DNA of 64,000 bases. Origin: Candidatus Gastranaerophilales bacterium. Lineage in GTDB: Bacteria; Cyanobacteriota; Vampirovibrionia; Gastranaerophilales; Gastranaerophilaceae. Both the position numbers and the translations under genes were made by a program. Positions 40,750 to 50,569 of this stretch are shown here, piece by piece. The notes below the pieces were generated by a model. That model saw only the letters and a list, made by a program, of their open reading frames with translations, searched no databases and was not told where the DNA came from. Positions within the stretch are counted from its first letter, which is position 1, and each line of letters starts with the position of its first letter. Where the stretch lies: contig CAADWU010000077.1 in NCBI GenBank assembly GCA_900752845.1, positions 1,046 to 65,045 of the forward strand, read 5' to 3'.

Positions 40750-40975
40750 TAATATTTTTTCGGTCAAAAAGTTTTTCGAAATCCAAATCGAGAGCATCCA
40801 TTATTGCAACTATTACTGAAAGAGAGGTATTAGTTTCACCTCTTTCAATAGTTCCGACAACCTGTCCGTAAGATACGCCAATCTTTTCGGCAAGCTGTTC
40901 CTGCGATAATCCTGCACGATTGCGCTCAGCTCGCAAATTCTTGCCGAATTCTTTTAAAATATCCCCTTTATCCAT
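40742..40975 (-). CDS. XRE-family HTH transcriptional regulator
   Basis: FGKNLRAER...LSQEQLAEKIG...IERGE. Confidence 0.9.
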   Translation of the reverse strand: MDKGDILKEFGKNLRAERNRAGLSQEQLAEKIGVSYGQVVGTIERGETNTSLSVIVAIMDALDLDFEKLFDRKNIIN

Positions 40976-40998
40976 ATATAAATTCTAAGCATTGACAA

Positions 40999-41053
40999 AT
41001 ATATTACTACAATGTAATATATGTTTATTACAATGTATATATTGTAATAAACA
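40999..41053. promoter_or_regulatory. Two tandem palindromes (candidate operator) in a divergent promoter region
   Basis: ATATATTAC-N6-GTAATATAT (40999-41022) and TGTTTATTACAAT-N6-ATTGTAATAAACA (41022-41053); TTGACA at 40992. Confidence 0.65.
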
Positions 41054-41103
41054 ATTAATATATTATTTTATATAGCCAATGTGTAGAATCGAGGTGACTG
41101 ATT

Positions 41104-42177
41104 ATGAGTATTTATCAAAAAATAAAAATTAAAAACAAAGATGCCAAGTCAAGAGTTATAAAGATTTTTGGGCTTCCTTTGCTGAGATTTGATATTAAAA
41201 AAAATGATGATGGTACTAAAAAGAAAGATATCACGTTACTTTTTGCTAATGATAATAAAAACAAAAATAAGTCAGATACAGAACGTGTATTTTATCTGAA
41301 AGTGAACCGTAATGACAACTGTACGTTTGTTAATTTACAGCATTGGGTAGATATTGTTGAAGCTATGAACGGTAAGTTTTATATATTATGTGATAATGAA
41401 AAGGTAAAAGATAATATTTTTAAGAAAGTATGTTTTAATAATGCAAATGTAAAATTCATAAAAAGCTGTAAAAACAAAAGAATTAAAAATATTGTTAAAC
41501 ATATTGCTACAGGATTTTGGAGTAATGCAACATATGCTCATTTGACAACATTTTATCATGCAAAAAAGAACGGTATAATTAATTTTTGGAATATAGATGC
41601 TGATGATACGATGTTTTGTATGGAGCCTGAAAAATGTGCACAAGCTTTAAGCTATGTTGAACATTATGCAAATATGAATGACATAAATGTATTTTCGTTA
41701 GATATGTGGCGAAGCAGTACCCATGGACGTCATTGGTCATTTGGGGTTACATATTCCAGAGGCAGGTATGATATGTTTGACACAATAGAGAAATATTGCC
41801 GCAGCGACTGGAAAAGCAGATATTCTGAATATGCATTGTATTATAATTTAGACTGGTTTTTTAATTACTTAAAAGATAGCAGGTATTTATCCGTTGAGAC
41901 ATTTTATATTGAAAACAGTATGTTTTTTCATTGCGGAGATTTTCTTTATAATGTTATCGGAAGTCACGCATCTTTATGGCACGACGGAAAGATTTATTAT
42001 CCTGTAATGTCCGGGGTATATGGTGATAAAAATTTAGGCATATTAGATATTTCAAAAGACTGCATTAAATTTGATATTGAATTGCAAAAAGGATATTGTC
42101 AGAATTATGCACTCAAGAATTTAACATTTTTGAACAGAATGCCCGAACAGCTTAGAAAATTGCATAATATTTCATAA
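41104..42177 (+). CDS. Hypothetical protein, possibly GT-A glycosyltransferase-like
   Basis: 357 aa, AT-rich; FWNIDADD DxD-like motif. Confidence 0.6.
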   Translation: MSIYQKIKIKNKDAKSRVIKIFGLPLLRFDIKKNDDGTKKKDITLLFANDNKNKNKSDTERVFYLKVNRNDNCTFVNLQHWVDIVEAMNGKFYILCDNEKVKDNIFKKVCFNNANVKFIKSCKNKRIKNIVKHIATGFWSNATYAHLTTFYHAKKNGIINFWNIDADDTMFCMEPEKCAQALSYVEHYANMNDINVFSLDMWRSSTHGRHWSFGVTYSRGRYDMFDTIEKYCRSDWKSRYSEYALYYNLDWFFNYLKDSRYLSVETFYIENSMFFHCGDFLYNVIGSHASLWHDGKIYYPVMSGVYGDKNLGILDISKDCIKFDIELQKGYCQNYALKNLTFLNRMPEQLRKLHNIS

Positions 42178-42231
42178 GGTAATATAAAAATATTTGCACC
42201 ATTAATGATTTAGTAATATACTGAATTTACA

Positions 42232-43359
42232 ATGAAAAACGTAAGACAGACTAATATAAATATTCACAGAGACAGCTGGGTTGAGATTAATTTGGAAAAT
42301 GCAGCATATAATATGAGGCAGATAAGGAAAAATACGCCTCAGGGTATCAAGCTGCTTGCTGTAGTTAAGGCAGACGCATACGGACATGGTTCTGTGATGC
42401 TTGCTCCTACTCTTTTGGCATCAGGTGCAGATATGCTTGGCGTTGCATCTATTGATGAAGGTGTAGATTTAAGACAGGCAAAAATAAATTGCGATATTCT
42501 TGTGCTCGGTGCAGTTCCTGTCTGGGCTGTAGAAACTGCCGTTAAAGCCGATTTAACTATTGCGATATTCTCAAAAGAACATTTACAGGCTTGCAAACAG
42601 GCTTATGACAGAACAGGTATTAAACCTAAGGTTCACGTGAAACTTGATACGGGTATGAACAGGATTGGTATTTCTGTTGAAGATGCTGTTGAATTTATTA
42701 ACAAGGTGAGAAATTCCGATTATCTTGATTTTGGCGGAATATTTACACACCTTGCAAATGCAGAAATAAGAGAAAAGACACAAATTCAAATCGACAGATG
42801 GAATAAAGTTATTTCACAAATTAATACAGACGGACTTATTTTGCATATTTTGAATACAGCCGGTGCAATGTGTTATGATGTTCCGAATTCTAATATGCGT
42901 AGAGCAGGAATAGGAATTTACGGGCTATATCCTGATTTACCGCAAGACGGAGAGTTTAGAAAATACGATTTAAAACCGGTTATGTCATTAAAAGCCAGAA
43001 TAGTTAATATTCATGAGGCAAAAGACGGAGAAGGTGTAAGTTATGGACACACATTTACGGCTCATGGCTCAAGAAAGATTGCGACTGTTCCGCTCGGTTA
43101 CGCTGACGGGATTCCAAGAGGATTATCCAATAAAATTTCAGCATCATTGAACGATAAAATTGTTCCTCAAGTCGGAAATATTACTATGGATCAAATGATG
43201 TTTGATATTACGGGTGTTGATGCAAATCTTGGTGATGTTTTAACATTATTGGATGAAAAACATTCTATAGATAAGTGGGCAAAAATTTTAGGCACAATTA
43301 ATTATGAATTGACTTGCCGCTTAAAAGTCAGATTGCCGAGAGTTTATACAAGGGATTAG
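42232..43359 (+). CDS. alr: Alanine racemase
   Basis: AVVKADAYGHG, HVKLDTGMNRIG and GYADG motifs. Confidence 0.97.
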   Translation: MKNVRQTNINIHRDSWVEINLENAAYNMRQIRKNTPQGIKLLAVVKADAYGHGSVMLAPTLLASGADMLGVASIDEGVDLRQAKINCDILVLGAVPVWAVETAVKADLTIAIFSKEHLQACKQAYDRTGIKPKVHVKLDTGMNRIGISVEDAVEFINKVRNSDYLDFGGIFTHLANAEIREKTQIQIDRWNKVISQINTDGLILHILNTAGAMCYDVPNSNMRRAGIGIYGLYPDLPQDGEFRKYDLKPVMSLKARIVNIHEAKDGEGVSYGHTFTAHGSRKIATVPLGYADGIPRGLSNKISASLNDKIVPQVGNITMDQMMFDITGVDANLGDVLTLLDEKHSIDKWAKILGTINYELTCRLKVRLPRVYTRD

Positions 43360-43361
43360 TT

Positions 43362-44603
43362 ATGACAGAAAAAAAATATGATTTGGGAATAATAGGAGGC
43401 GGACCTGCGGGGTATACTTCTGCTTTGCATGCAAGAGCAAAAGGTTTGTCTGTAGTAATGTTTGAAAAAGATAAAGTCGGCGGTGTTTGCCTGAACAAAG
43501 GGTGTATACCAACTAAAGCTATTTTGCACTCTGCACAGGTGTATGAAGATTTAAAGTGCAGTGAAGATTTAGGAATAAAATGTGAAGGGTTATCTTTTGA
43601 TTTTGCAAGAGTTATAGAACGCAAAGAGAGAACAGTTGAAAAACTAAGAAAAAACCTTGAATTAACCTTAAAAAATTCAGGAGTTGTTACCGTAAATTCA
43701 AAAGCTGAAATCATAACAAAAAATAAAATTGAAGCAGACGGCGAATTTTTTGAATGCGGAAAAATTATTGCTGCAACTGGTTCATCCCCAAGAGCACTAA
43801 AAGGTATAGATTTTGACCATGAATTTGTTCTTAATTCCGATGACATATTAAATCTGTCAGCTTTGCCCAAAAGTATTGCAATAATAGGAAGCGGTGCAAT
43901 TGGCATTGAATGGGCAAGAATTTTTTCTGCGTTTGATGTAGAAGTTACGATAATCGAAGCAGCGGAACATCTTTTGCCGCTTGCTGATGTAGAAGTATCC
44001 AAAAGAATTGAACGTATTTTTAAGTCAAAAAAAATAAAGATGTATCTTTCAAACGGCGTGCAAAAAATTGAAGATAAAAAAGTTTATCTTTCATCAGGTG
44101 ATATTATAGAACCTGATAGCGTTTTGCTTGCTGTAGGCAGGAAACCTGTTACAGATGAAAAGATTGATGGTGTAACATATTTAGGTGATGTTTACGGTTC
44201 TATCCAGCTTGCGCATTTTGCCATAAAACAGGCTGTTGCTGAAATTACAGGGGTTGAGTTTGATGAAAAACTGGTTCCGTCAGTTGTATACGGCTGTCCT
44301 GAAATTGCATGGATTGGATTACGAGAACAGGATTTGGAAGAAGGAACTTACAAAAAAGCTAACCTGCTTATTTCTGCACTCGGCAAATCCCATTGCGATA
44401 ACTGTTCTGACGGGTTTATAAAAATACTTTCACGTAACGGCAAAATTATCGGTGCACACGTTGTTTCTAAAGAAGCATCTTCCTTAATACAAGAAATAAC
44501 AATCGCTATGCAAAATAACATAGCGATTGAAGATTTGAAAAAAGTTTGTTTTGCCCACCCGACATATTCGGAAGGGATTTTTGACTGCTTATTTAAATTG
44601 TAA
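43362..44603 (+). CDS. lpdA: Dihydrolipoamide dehydrogenase
   Basis: GGGPAGY, GGVCLNKGCIPTK, GSGAIGIE and HPTYSE motifs. Confidence 0.9.
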   Translation: MTEKKYDLGIIGGGPAGYTSALHARAKGLSVVMFEKDKVGGVCLNKGCIPTKAILHSAQVYEDLKCSEDLGIKCEGLSFDFARVIERKERTVEKLRKNLELTLKNSGVVTVNSKAEIITKNKIEADGEFFECGKIIAATGSSPRALKGIDFDHEFVLNSDDILNLSALPKSIAIIGSGAIGIEWARIFSAFDVEVTIIEAAEHLLPLADVEVSKRIERIFKSKKIKMYLSNGVQKIEDKKVYLSSGDIIEPDSVLLAVGRKPVTDEKIDGVTYLGDVYGSIQLAHFAIKQAVAEITGVEFDEKLVPSVVYGCPEIAWIGLREQDLEEGTYKKANLLISALGKSHCDNCSDGFIKILSRNGKIIGAHVVSKEASSLIQEITIAMQNNIAIEDLKKVCFAHPTYSEGIFDCLFKL

Positions 44604-44612
44604 TTCAGTACA

Positions 44613-44858
44613 TTAAATAGTTCCTGTAAAGAAAGCAGGTTTTCCGAAATTCCAGTATGTGTTTGATTGGTTAACACCGGGATTACCGACGTTGTTACCT
44701 CTTTTGCGTTTAACTTTTACTTTAACTTCTTTAGAATTATCCTGTTGTACTGTCTGTTTAGCTTCTGTTACAGTTTCTTTTGTTGAAACCTGATAAGCTT
44801 CTGCATAAGCACATCCTGCAAAACATAATAAGCATAATACTGTTATTAGAGTTCTCAT
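44613..44858 (-). CDS. Small secreted hypothetical protein
   Basis: AAGGAG RBS; signal peptide ending AYA. Confidence 0.7.
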   Translation of the reverse strand: MRTLITVLCLLCFAGCAYAEAYQVSTKETVTEAKQTVQQDNSKEVKVKVKRKRGNNVGNPGVNQSNTYWNFGKPAFFTGTI

Positions 44859-44933
44859 TTTTTTTCTCCTTTATAGTTACATTATAACGTTTTAAGTCAT
44901 GAAAATCAATATTTTTGCTATATAATTTAAAAT

Positions 44934-45776
44934 ATGCAAAGAAGATTACCTGAATATTTAAAAAGACCGATAATTGATACTGACAAAACACGTACGGTAA
45001 GAAAAATTTTAAAGACAAAGTGTTTAAATACTGTTTGTGAAAACGCTCGCTGTCCTAATAAAAACGAATGTTATACAAAAAATACAGCGACATTTTTAAT
45101 TATGGGTAACAATTGTACACGAAATTGCAGATATTGTAATATTTCCTGCGCAAGACCAGAACCTTTGGATTTGAACGAGCCGTCACATGTTGCAGAGGCA
45201 GTAAAAGATTTAGGATTAAAATATTCTGTAATAACATCTGTAACCAGAGATGATTTACCTGACGGCGGAGCTGAGCATTTTGCAAACTGTATTTATGAGA
45301 TTAGAAAAATTTCGCCTGAAGTTAAAATCGAAATTCTTACTCCTGATTTTAAAGGTAATAAAAATTCTCTTGATACAATTATTAAAGCTCATCCCGATGT
45401 TTTTAATCATAATATTGAAGCAGTCAGAGATATATTTAAAACTGCCAGACCTCAAGGTAATTATGAGTGGTCTCTTGATGTTTTAAAATACGTAAAAGAT
45501 AACAGTGATATTTTGACAAAGTCAGGTTTGATGATAGGTCTGGGTGAAACATTCGAGCAAATCGAGGAAACCTTGCTTGATTTGAAAAATTTTGGATGTG
45601 ATATTGTGACAATCGGTCAATACATACAGCCTTCAAAAGAGCATCTTGAAGTATCAAAATATTATACTCCGGAAGAATATGACATATTGAGAGCTTTAGC
45701 CGATAAAATCGGCATAAAGCATCATCAAATAGGTCCTCTTGTCAGAAGTTCGTATAGAGCAGCCGAACTTATTTAG
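44934..45776 (+). CDS. lipA: Lipoyl synthase
   Basis: CENARCPNKNEC, CTRNCRYC and RSSY motifs. Confidence 0.97.
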   Translation: MQRRLPEYLKRPIIDTDKTRTVRKILKTKCLNTVCENARCPNKNECYTKNTATFLIMGNNCTRNCRYCNISCARPEPLDLNEPSHVAEAVKDLGLKYSVITSVTRDDLPDGGAEHFANCIYEIRKISPEVKIEILTPDFKGNKNSLDTIIKAHPDVFNHNIEAVRDIFKTARPQGNYEWSLDVLKYVKDNSDILTKSGLMIGLGETFEQIEETLLDLKNFGCDIVTIGQYIQPSKEHLEVSKYYTPEEYDILRALADKIGIKHHQIGPLVRSSYRAAELI

Positions 45777-46541
45777 GCAGATTTTTAAAATAATTAGCTT
45801 CGGAAAGTGCTTTAGAAGAACAAGTTAGCCCGTTTCTTGAGTTTGAGATATCTTTATTACAATATAAATCAGGTGTTAACGGCTGGGTGTAATAATTTGT
45901 GTTATCAGCTCCCATTGGCAGAAGTTTTCCGTTAACCATCTGAAATGTAAATAAATCATATCCCCATTTATTAGGTTTAGCCTTGTGTCCGTTAATATCA
46001 ACTGTTAAGTTAATACCGTAACTTCTATAATCTCCGTTTGTCAAAATTTCTATACCGTCAGCAATTATAGTATTTGTGTCATCAAAATAGCTGCTATCTA
46101 TAGATGATTTGCCGTTAAATGTTTTGTATATTTTAGAAATGTTTTGACCGCTTTCACTGACAGAATAACCGTCGCATCTTCCTTTAGTGCATGGAATGTA
46201 TTGTATAAAATATGTTCTATAAATGTTTAAAAATGCAGTCGGAGATTTATAATTTTCATATGTAACAGCCTGACCTTCATCAAAAGACATTTTCACCAAT
46301 GCCTGCTGCATTACAGAATAAACTTTTTTAAACTTTGCCTCAAGCTCCTTATTTTGCTTGTCCTGAATAAGTGACGGCATCGTCATTGCCGCAACCACAC
46401 CAATAATGCCGAGAGTAATTAATACCTCTGCTAATGTAAATCCATTAAACATTCTGCTAAAATTCTTAAAAGCCCCAATTTGGCGGGTCAAGCGGCTACG
46501 CTTGTCGGGGGGGGGGCAACCCTTAATGCTTCTTGTTTCAT
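45769..46541 (-). CDS. Type IV pilin-like protein, frameshifted (OFF) at a C10 tract in the leader
   Basis: AGGAG plus ATG 46541; body GFTLAEVLITLGIIGVVAAMTMP...VDINGHKAKPN; C10 at 46507-46516 shifts the frame. Confidence 0.85.
46507..46516. repeat. G10/C10 homopolymer (candidate phase-variation tract)
   Basis: Ten consecutive G on the + strand. Confidence 0.95.
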
Positions 46542-46588
46542 AAATTTAGTCTCCTTTAATATTTTCGTTTACCATTATATATTATTTT

Positions 46589-47179
46589 TTATTGAATTTC
46601 AACTGTGATAGCACCTTGTCGGAATATTTTTAATTCATCTCCAAAAACTCCGCAAACTGTTGATTCAAGTCCTTTGGCAAAATAACCGTAATCAGGTATT
46701 ACAATATCTGCTAAATCTTTCATATTTTCAAGTGCTTGTTCATAAGTTTTTGCGGAAGGCTGGTGAGAAAGGTTTGCACTTGTGGTTGCAAGAACATTTC
46801 CCGGTGCAATTTCACAAATCTCTTTGAAAACTTCGTTATCAGGAACTCTAATTCCTACTGTTTCCATATTTGATGTTATGTAATACGGGGTTTTGCCGCT
46901 TTTATCGGTGACAATTGTTAAAGCTCCCGGAAAATGTTTTTTTATCAGGCGGCAGCCTTTTTCTGAAATAGGTTTTACATACTCAAGCAGGTGATAAGTT
47001 TCATTTGACATTAGAATTAAAGGTTTTTGAGCTTCACGTTTTTTTATTTCATATATTTTTTTTACTGCTTTTTCTGATGAAGGCAGACAGCCCAGTCCCC
47101 AGACTGTATCGGTCACATAAGCAATTACACCGTCATTTTCCAGTATTTTTCTTATTTCTTCAGTGTTTTCTATAATCAT
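46589..47179 (-). CDS. tsaC: L-threonylcarbamoyladenylate synthase (TsaC/YrdC)
   Basis: TDTVWGL, IKKR...KPL, VGIRVP and TTSANLS motifs. Confidence 0.93.
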   Translation of the reverse strand: MIIENTEEIRKILENDGVIAYVTDTVWGLGCLPSSEKAVKKIYEIKKREAQKPLILMSNETYHLLEYVKPISEKGCRLIKKHFPGALTIVTDKSGKTPYYITSNMETVGIRVPDNEVFKEICEIAPGNVLATTSANLSHQPSAKTYEQALENMKDLADIVIPDYGYFAKGLESTVCGVFGDELKIFRQGAITVEIQ

Positions 47180-47182
47180 ATT

Positions 47183-48793
47183 TTACCTTCTAATCTTATT
47201 AATAAGTCTTTTGCTTAATTCCGTTGCGTATTCCATTTTAAACATCAAATTTAATCCTGTATATGTGACTAAGCAAATAATTCCTACTGATGTTATCTTT
47301 AATATTTCAAACATAGCTTTTGGCAAATGATTATATGTATCAAAGCCTGTTGAAGCTGCAAAACATATTACAAGTGATATAAATCCTGCTATACACATCT
47401 TTAAAAGATTTGTGAATAGTCCTTTGTAATCCATTTTAACTTTTCTGGAAATCAAAATACCCAGAACACAAGCATTAAACAGAGTTACAAGAGAAGTAGA
47501 AAGCGTAATACCGCCTATGCCCATTCCTAATTTTGTTATAAATATTACGTTTAAAAGGTATTTTAAAACAATTGATGAAAAAGCTACAATAAAAGGTGTT
47601 TTAGAATCGTTAAACGAATAATAAACTCTGGTTATGGAATCTCTGAATACATAAGGCAATATTGACACTGAAAGGAACCATAAAGCTTCTGTTACCATAA
47701 ATGTTGCATCGGCATCAAATGCACCACGTTCAAATATTAAACGCACCGCATCAGTTCCGACAGTAAGAATTCCTATAATAATTGGTATCGCTGCAAAGAA
47801 CAAAACACCAACACCTTTGTTGAAATATGTTTTAATACCGTTTAAATCTCTTTCAGCTACAAGTCTTGAAAAAATCGGGAATAACGGTACAAGAAATGCA
47901 GTAACCAAAATTCCTACAGGAAACTGAAAAACTCTGTTTGCATATCCTATTGCAGTCCATGCACCTTCTGATATTGAAGATGTGAAAAACATATCAACAT
48001 AAATATGTACTTGTCCGACTGTAGAGCTTAATACAGCAGGAAACAGTAACTCTGTTATTTCTTTAAAATTAGGATTATTGAAAAAATGAAAATCTGGTTT
48101 CCACTTAAACCCCAGTTTTCTTACGTTTGGGTACTGAATTATAAGCTGTAAAATTGCACCGATTGTGGTTGCCCAGGCAAGTGCATAGCCTTTTTGATCG
48201 TTAGGAGCTGCTGCTACTACAACCCCGATAATTGCAGCACTCATTATTATAGGCGATAAATTCGGAAGCATAAACTGCCTGTAAATAATAAGAATTCCGT
48301 AATAAATACCCACAATCCCGCCAATTATTAATAAGGGTGTCATTATCTTCAGGTGTTCGGCAGCAAGATTAATCATATCAGCAGAGCCGCTTGATATAAT
48401 CAGGCTCATAATCTGATGTGGGAATACGAACATTACTATTGATAACAGCATAAAGAATATTGTTGTTGCTGTCATAAAAGTTGAATAAAGTTTGTTAACT
48501 TCTTCGGACGGTTTATCTTTCAAATTTGGAATAAGTTTAGAAAATATTGCAACTGTGGCACTGTGAAAAGGACCGCCTACACCTCCCAAAAGGATTAATG
48601 ACAGCGACGGGATTTGGTATGCATAATAGTAGGCATCGGAAACAAGAGATGCACCATAGTAATTTGCGATAATTATATCTCTTACAAAACCGATTAATTT
48701 ACTTACAATCGTAACTACAGCAATCAGCCATGCTGCTTTTAACACACTTGTTGTTTTTATATCTTTATCATCACCAGATATATTCACTGTCAT
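47183..48793 (-). CDS. murJ: Lipid II flippase MurJ
   Basis: SKLIGFVRD, YANRVFQFP and FERGAF motifs; multiple TM helices. Confidence 0.95.
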   Translation of the reverse strand: MTVNISGDDKDIKTTSVLKAAWLIAVVTIVSKLIGFVRDIIIANYYGASLVSDAYYYAYQIPSLSLILLGGVGGPFHSATVAIFSKLIPNLKDKPSEEVNKLYSTFMTATTIFFMLLSIVMFVFPHQIMSLIISSGSADMINLAAEHLKIMTPLLIIGGIVGIYYGILIIYRQFMLPNLSPIIMSAAIIGVVVAAAPNDQKGYALAWATTIGAILQLIIQYPNVRKLGFKWKPDFHFFNNPNFKEITELLFPAVLSSTVGQVHIYVDMFFTSSISEGAWTAIGYANRVFQFPVGILVTAFLVPLFPIFSRLVAERDLNGIKTYFNKGVGVLFFAAIPIIIGILTVGTDAVRLIFERGAFDADATFMVTEALWFLSVSILPYVFRDSITRVYYSFNDSKTPFIVAFSSIVLKYLLNVIFITKLGMGIGGITLSTSLVTLFNACVLGILISRKVKMDYKGLFTNLLKMCIAGFISLVICFAASTGFDTYNHLPKAMFEILKITSVGIICLVTYTGLNLMFKMEYATELSKRLINKIRR

Positions 48794-50492
48794 CTTTTTT
48801 CACCAATTCCACATATAATCTTAATGCCTTTTTATCACCCTCATCCATAGGGTAATAGAATATCACTGTATTTCTTCCGTCTTTTAAATATTTTGAAATA
48901 TCTATTTCAGCTGTTCTTTTTATAATATTAGGTTCAAGTTTGAATGTATTTTCTTTGCCGTTAATATTTATTATCAGTTTGGAAACCATAAATTTATTAT
49001 CAACAATTACTTTTGCATATTTGTTTTTTGTATAAAAATTCTGGGTTACTGCTTGTTGAGCACTGTTTGCTGAAATAATCACAGGTTTTGTGGAAAGTGT
49101 TATTCCTGAGTAATAGTGTTGTAATATTTTCTCATAAGGTTTATGCAGCTCAGAGCCCATAAAGCCTGCTCCAAACTGGCTTAATCCCACTCCATGCCCA
49201 AATCCTCCGCCGTAAGCGTGTATTGAAACAAGGTTTCCTGCTTCATCTCTAATGTTATCAAAAACCACATTTGCACTCGGTAATGCTTTTCCGTCTTTAG
49301 TAATTAAACGACGTACAACAAGTTCTTTAAATACTTTATAAGTTTGAGAACGGGTTACAATTTCCATTTCAATAATTTTCCCCGACTCACCACGTCTGAG
49401 AACTTTAATTTCAACTATATCATCGAGTTTGTCGCCTTTGTTAAATGCAGGTTTTACAAAGCCTGTTGCAGATTGGGCTGCAAGTGTTGATTGAAGCGCA
49501 TTTTTAAGTTCATCTGCACTCCATTCACGTTCCCACCTGTAATAAGGCGAGCGAATGTCATAAGCATCAGGTTTTGATTTATAATAAGCATTTGCTGCTT
49601 CTTCATTATTTAAAGGAGTTTGAGTAATTATATCAGGTTTTGCCCTTAAATAAGGTTTGTCGTGAGAAGGAAATTCTTTTGTTTTTGGATCAGAAAATGC
49701 ATTGGCATAGCTTTCTGTATAACCGCCTGCCGTTGATGAATATTGTGCAAGGATTAAATCCCAATTATAAATAGCAACAACGCCCTCAGTTTCTTTTACA
49801 GCCTTATCTGCTAAAGGTTTTTCCGTATTAGCTCCGTAGTAAACCTGACTTGCGACGCTGTCTACAACATCATAATTCGGTGATGCTTTTGTGCGTGGTG
49901 AAAGTACGTAATTTCTGGCGGCTACACTTTGTGCTTTTAAAGCTTCAAGACCGAAGCTTACAGGCATTTCATTCGGCACAACACCTTTCAAATATTCTTC
50001 AACTTCAATCATATTTACAAGATTAAAAGTATTATTATTATTTTTAACAAGTTCAAATGCTCCGTGATACAAAGCTTGTTTTCCTGCACGTTTTAAGCCG
50101 GTGACACCTAAAAGACCGTAATTGCTTGTAATCTGCACAGGTCCTGCAACCTGTTCCGGAACTGTGCTCTCAGGTGTATAAATATTAAACAATCCGTCTT
50201 TGTATGTAATTCTTATGTTTTGATTAGCATGGTAATTCCCGATTAATATTTTGTTATCATAAATTTGGGTGTCGCCTGTACCGAAAATTGTAATATCGTT
50301 GTACTGGTAAGTTCCAAAATTTGTAGTGCCAATACCAACTCTGACGACTTCTGAAGTCGGGATATTTTGTGTTACGACAGCTTGTCTTGCAGCTTCTAAA
50401 GTAGAAGCAGGTATTTGAGTAAATATTTGAGCCTCAGAGGGCAAAGCCGTTAATGCTGTATTTAATAAAAGTACTAAAATTAGTTTTTTCAT
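48771..50492 (-). CDS. SpoIID/LytB domain protein
   Basis: EEYLKGVVPNEMP...EALKAQSVAAR and GFGHGVGLSQFGA motifs. Confidence 0.92.
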   Translation of the reverse strand: MKKLILVLLLNTALTALPSEAQIFTQIPASTLEAARQAVVTQNIPTSEVVRVGIGTTNFGTYQYNDITIFGTGDTQIYDNKILIGNYHANQNIRITYKDGLFNIYTPESTVPEQVAGPVQITSNYGLLGVTGLKRAGKQALYHGAFELVKNNNNTFNLVNMIEVEEYLKGVVPNEMPVSFGLEALKAQSVAARNYVLSPRTKASPNYDVVDSVASQVYYGANTEKPLADKAVKETEGVVAIYNWDLILAQYSSTAGGYTESYANAFSDPKTKEFPSHDKPYLRAKPDIITQTPLNNEEAANAYYKSKPDAYDIRSPYYRWEREWSADELKNALQSTLAAQSATGFVKPAFNKGDKLDDIVEIKVLRRGESGKIIEMEIVTRSQTYKVFKELVVRRLITKDGKALPSANVVFDNIRDEAGNLVSIHAYGGGFGHGVGLSQFGAGFMGSELHKPYEKILQHYYSGITLSTKPVIISANSAQQAVTQNFYTKNKYAKVIVDNKFMVSKLIININGKENTFKLEPNIIKRTAEIDISKYLKDGRNTVIFYYPMDEGDKKALRLYVELVKKDDSEYIW

Positions 50493-50569
50493 ACGATAAT
50501 TATATGACAAATTTAGAAAATATGTTATAATAAAAAATATAAATGTATTTATTGTGAAAGGAGCAATTA

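Noticed and set aside
43328..44002. 224-aa ORF opposite lpdA (also 22873-23514 opposite mfd and other short nested ORFs)
   Set aside because: Shadow ORFs of well-supported genes with no motifs or RBS
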